The position numbers were made by a program, and so were the translations under genes. Under the pieces are notes generated by a model, which made no database searches, was not told the origin of the DNA, and saw only the letters and a program-made list of their open reading frames with translations. DNA of 64,000 nt from a virus, in the IMG/VR virus record IMGVR_UViG_3300027969_000055, positions 52,371-116,370 of that record. One strand, given 5' to 3'. Position 1 is the first letter of the stretch. Each line of letters begins with the position of its first letter. Below are positions 60,320 to 64,000 of the stretch, one piece after another.

Positions 60320-61107
60320 ACTTTAAGCTTATATGGAATTGGCTTCTTTTTTTCAAGCAGCCGATTACAGTCTAGTAAGACATTTGCATCAAAGCCGTGG
60401 CTTGGATTCATTATTTTATTTAGTAGGATAATATCTTTAGTTAAGGATATTCCATCAGACAAAACAACATGATCTGTACCTGAAACTACAATAACATTTT
60501 TTTCAGGTTGAAAATCATTAAGACCAGGTTTTTCAGTAAGTAGTCGGTCCCTAAATTCGCTATTTTTAAGTCCAGGTAAAGTCAATACGGCCTTTCGGCT
60601 AATTGAATAACCTAAGCTGCGATTACTTTTTGTATTTAGGGTATAAATTTCATAACGATCTAATTTAGTAGACTTACAAACAATATAGATCTTTTCCTGT
60701 TTATGAATATTCGTATTATTAAAATGAAAGTGCAAATTTTCAAGAACTGGAATCTGTTTCTCTAAGTATTTTTGCATTACCTCAGATAGGATTTTAGATC
60801 CCATTTTCATGATTGCCTTACCATTAGAGTCATCCGATTGCGCAAGTTGAGTTACCACATTCGTTAAATTGGAGTGAGCTCTAACCGCATTCAAATGTGA
60901 ATCGTAGACCTTTTTATCTGCGATTATTGTATTAATATTTAGGTAATGGAAAACAATTTCGTAAAAGTTCAGAAAGTCATTCTGTAAATTAGTGAGATAC
61001 TTTTTCTGTGCGTCCAGTAAGACGTATGTATAGTATTCCAGATCAACAAAATTCGCTTGACATAGCCACATCGGGTCTAGTACAAGCTTGGGGTTTAGAG
61101 GTTTCAT
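60316..61107 (-). CDS. hypothetical protein
   Basis: 263-aa ORF sharing TTAA with the fibre stop; late-like motif upstream. Confidence 0.65.
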   Translation of the reverse strand: MKPLNPKLVLDPMWLCQANFVDLEYYTYVLLDAQKKYLTNLQNDFLNFYEIVFHYLNINTIIADKKVYDSHLNAVRAHSNLTNVVTQLAQSDDSNGKAIMKMGSKILSEVMQKYLEKQIPVLENLHFHFNNTNIHKQEKIYIVCKSTKLDRYEIYTLNTKSNRSLGYSISRKAVLTLPGLKNSEFRDRLLTEKPGLNDFQPEKNVIVVSGTDHVVLSDGISLTKDIILLNKIMNPSHGFDANVLLDCNRLLEKKKPIPYKLKV

Positions 61108-61126
61108 AGGTACCCCGGTTTTCTTA

Positions 61127-61168
61127 TTATTTATTTTGGGTAAAGACGTAATACTCTGCGATAAATAA
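61127..61168. promoter_or_regulatory. divergent late promoter-like sites (- strand 61127-61135, + strand 61160-61168)
   Basis: ATAAATAA on each strand, 17-20 bp before each ATG. Confidence 0.55.
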
Positions 61169-61184
61169 CAAAAAGACCAAATTA

Positions 61185-63248
61185 ATGCAAGTAGTATCCT
61201 ACAAGATCATTCCGGAGCCAGATAAGAACTCGGTCACCTACAGTAAGAATTATCGAATTTTTTCTGCAGCTGAACCTGTCCCTGGAGCTGTGAAAATTGT
61301 AGACTTTAGTGAATCTATTGATTTGGGAACAGCATTACCTCAAAATATAATTCGTAAGTTTAGATATTCCTTTGATATGGGAAATTGGTCATTATGGTAT
61401 GACCTTGATCCAACCGATTTAAGTAATATCGAAGACCTGTTATTTAATGAAGCTGACGTATTTTTTGAAGTCAAATACGAATATGATGATACTACCTACA
61501 ATCCATTAACTACCGAATTAAAGGTCAATTTTGTAAAATTTAATATTCAGAGCACCAAGATTTCTGAATCATTATATACGCCAACTGTCTATTGCTCATC
61601 TGAACGCTGCCCAGCCATTGTTGCTGAAAGGGAAGCCTCATTTAAACCATATGAAGTTGGAACCGCAATTGGAATTGCCAGAGAATTAAGTTATCAAACT
61701 ACCAAAATCTTTGGACATGAAGTTGTCTATTTTAAAACTGAACCTGATCGTACAGGCGGAGATTTTATATTTAAGGAATGGACTCTATTTGAAACAGTTG
61801 ATCGTAAATGCGTAAAGGTTGTTGTACCCAATAATACTTTTCCAGATAATAAGCCTCAATTTACTGAATTTGGAATTGATTTTGAAGTTCCATTTGAAAT
61901 TCATATTGATCATGTTTATTTTCAGTCAATATTTGGACCAGGTACTCAACCTCGAAAAAGAGATTACATGTACTTTCCATTAACTAATCGCATGTATGAA
62001 ATTCAAGGTTCTTATCTGTATCGTGGATTTATGATGGAGCCTTTGTATTGGAAAATACAGTTAACTAAATTTCATCCAAATATTGATATGGTAATGAAAG
62101 CAGTTGATCGCAAATTCCTAGACAATATTATTATTTCTAGTGATCAGCTTTTTGGTAAACAGGCAGAGGTTCAGAAAAAAGATGCTCTTGATAAACAACA
62201 ATATAAAACAATTTCCAATAGGTTTGATGAAACTCGTAGGTCATTGCATCCTGACCTAATTAACCGAATTTTAGATCATACTTTTAACTATGCTCCATTA
62301 ATTGAATACTACTATGATATGAGTGGTGTAAAACAAGTAATTGCAAATTATGTAATTGCCTCAAATGGAAATTCAGAGGATCAATACTTAACGCCAACCG
62401 CTCCATATTCAGTTTATGCATATGAAGGTAGTCCTATATTTAGTGCATGGCAACGTCGCCAACTAAATACTGGCGATACAAATATTGGAGCGTCAAGCCA
62501 AGCAACGATTAAAATGGATGGGCCTAAAGATTCGTACACTGCTCTTGGTAAATATGTGGTAGTTGAAGGTTATAAAAATTTAGCACTAAATCCAACCAAA
62601 CGCCAATCAATTACTGTTAACTCAAGCGGATCTCTTCAATTTAAACAGTCTGATCATGCAGTTGTATATAAAGCAGTTGCCTCAACTGGTAATACTCCAA
62701 ATATGACATTTAGTGCCTTAATTAAATTTAATAAGGGCACCCAGGATATCCGAATATTGGATGGATATGATAACTTATTAGGTATAGGATTGAGAGTAAC
62801 CTGTTCACTCGTAGATAATAGTGGAACACCATATTCAACCTTCTATGTACAAATTAATGGTACCTCATATCCTTTTGTAATTGGTGATTTGGAATATGAT
62901 AAATGGTATTCATTAATTGTGCCAGTATCATCTCAATATGGGCAATTACAACTTAACCTATATTCATTTGGTCAGGATCCAGCAAATATCAAGAATTTTA
63001 ACAGCCTAGTTAGCGTATACTCTGGGTCTGCTAATCCTGGAAACTTTACATTTGTGACTGACCAAAATTGGGCACTACCGTCTGCCAATTATTCAATTGC
63101 AAATATCCGATTGTTTAATACAATGGTTCAGCCAGAAGATCATGAATTTATAGTAAGTCAATTATTCATAAGAGATGAGTCTTTACTTGAACTAATTGAT
63201 AATGCCCGACCTAAATTAAATGTACCATTCATTGCAATAAATAGCTAA
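61185..63248 (+). CDS. Neck/head-completion protein (gp14-like) with a C-terminal LamG-like extension
   Basis: FGHEVVYF, FGIDFE and P...DYMYFPLTNRMYEI resemble gp14. Confidence 0.55.
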   Translation: MQVVSYKIIPEPDKNSVTYSKNYRIFSAAEPVPGAVKIVDFSESIDLGTALPQNIIRKFRYSFDMGNWSLWYDLDPTDLSNIEDLLFNEADVFFEVKYEYDDTTYNPLTTELKVNFVKFNIQSTKISESLYTPTVYCSSERCPAIVAEREASFKPYEVGTAIGIARELSYQTTKIFGHEVVYFKTEPDRTGGDFIFKEWTLFETVDRKCVKVVVPNNTFPDNKPQFTEFGIDFEVPFEIHIDHVYFQSIFGPGTQPRKRDYMYFPLTNRMYEIQGSYLYRGFMMEPLYWKIQLTKFHPNIDMVMKAVDRKFLDNIIISSDQLFGKQAEVQKKDALDKQQYKTISNRFDETRRSLHPDLINRILDHTFNYAPLIEYYYDMSGVKQVIANYVIASNGNSEDQYLTPTAPYSVYAYEGSPIFSAWQRRQLNTGDTNIGASSQATIKMDGPKDSYTALGKYVVVEGYKNLALNPTKRQSITVNSSGSLQFKQSDHAVVYKAVASTGNTPNMTFSALIKFNKGTQDIRILDGYDNLLGIGLRVTCSLVDNSGTPYSTFYVQINGTSYPFVIGDLEYDKWYSLIVPVSSQYGQLQLNLYSFGQDPANIKNFNSLVSVYSGSANPGNFTFVTDQNWALPSANYSIANIRLFNTMVQPEDHEFIVSQLFIRDESLLELIDNARPKLNVPFIAINS

Positions 63249-63255
63249 CACATAT

Positions 63256-64000
63256 ATGTATAAAGATTTAACAAAAAGCTCACTATTTGATAACGTAAAA
63301 TTAGGATTTGAATTTGAATTCTTTTCTCCAATTTTGCGTGCTGATTTAGCTGAGAAATTAACAACCATTTTAGGTAAAAAAGTAATTAGTACTAATGAAT
63401 ATGGTTCAGATATTCCAGTAAGCTATGATACTTTTAAAATTGAACCTGATTTTTCAGGTGGATTTAAAATGAACGAGCTAATTACTGGCGTAATGCCATA
63501 TAATGAGGCAATCCATGTATTATATAAAGTCTTAAATTTCATTGATGAAAATGGATTTACCACTGAACGAACTGGGTTACACATAAACATGTCATTAAAC
63601 GAATTTGATCTTGGACTAAATGAACGTCTGCAAAATCTAAATGTATTTAAGTATATTCTAGGTCTTAATGAAGAGAAAATATTTGAATTATGGCCATCCG
63701 CTAAATCAAGAATTCAAAAAATTTACAAGAATTCAGTTAGCAATATTTACCCTAAAACTAAATTCCTAGCTGAGACCTCAATTGACTATGCCCGACCAAA
63801 CAGTCCACTTGATTTTTCATATCCTCAATCAAAGTATTTTGGTTTAAATTTTGAAAAGTTAAATAAAGGTTATTTAGAAATTAGATACGCCGGCGGAATT
63901 GACTATCAATTAAAAAGAGCAAGTGCAACTGAATTAATTAATTATATTGCTGAATCTCTATACAATACTCTTCAAGTAAATCACTCATATTCAATTGATG
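63256..64000 (+). CDS. putative amidoligase (COOH-NH2 ligase type 2), runs off the window end
   Basis: Manual translation: LGFEFEF, EPD..ELIT, TGLHIN, KYFGLN and LEIRY motifs; not in the ORF track because no stop is in the window. Confidence 0.7.
   Translation, partial: MYKDLTKSSLFDNVKLGFEFEFFSPILRADLAEKLTTILGKKVISTNEYGSDIPVSYDTFKIEPDFSGGFKMNELITGVMPYNEAIHVLYKVLNFIDENGFTTERTGLHINMSLNEFDLGLNERLQNLNVFKYILGLNEEKIFELWPSAKSRIQKIYKNSVSNIYPKTKFLAETSIDYARPNSPLDFSYPQSKYFGLNFEKLNKGYLEIRYAGGIDYQLKRASATELINYIAESLYNTLQVNHSYSID

Overview
64 kb from an AT-rich, T4-like (myovirus) large/jumbo phage genome read in the standard genetic code. It has 48 complete CDS and 1 partial CDS. Virion genes lie on the + strand: prohead protease-scaffold, major capsid, tail tube, tail sheath, baseplate/fibre block and neck. 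Replication and metabolism genes lie mostly on the - strand: gp46/47, gp41, UvsX, a split PolB, gp32, RNase H, NrdAB, dCMP deaminase, a thymidylate-synthase-family enzyme and a gp56-like dCTPase. The window also encodes a gp55 late sigma factor, a RuvC-like nuclease, GroEL/GroES/DnaJ, a ribosomal S1-like protein and an Hc1-like protein. SD-less A-rich start regions and several gene families suggest a Bacteroidota host (inference). Main signals: (1) at least 7 unrelated proteins share a T4-internal-protein-like capsid-targeting motif, including a HAD nucleotidase and an HExxH protein; (2) two promoter classes are readable in the DNA, late ATAAATAA and a non-late AAAC-N16-GTAnAAT; (3) a probable scaffold gene is nested in the protease gene; (4) a possible modified-cytosine pathway; (5) a degenerate SET-domain gene sits between gp47 and gp46. 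All calls come from visual motif recognition; no searches were run.
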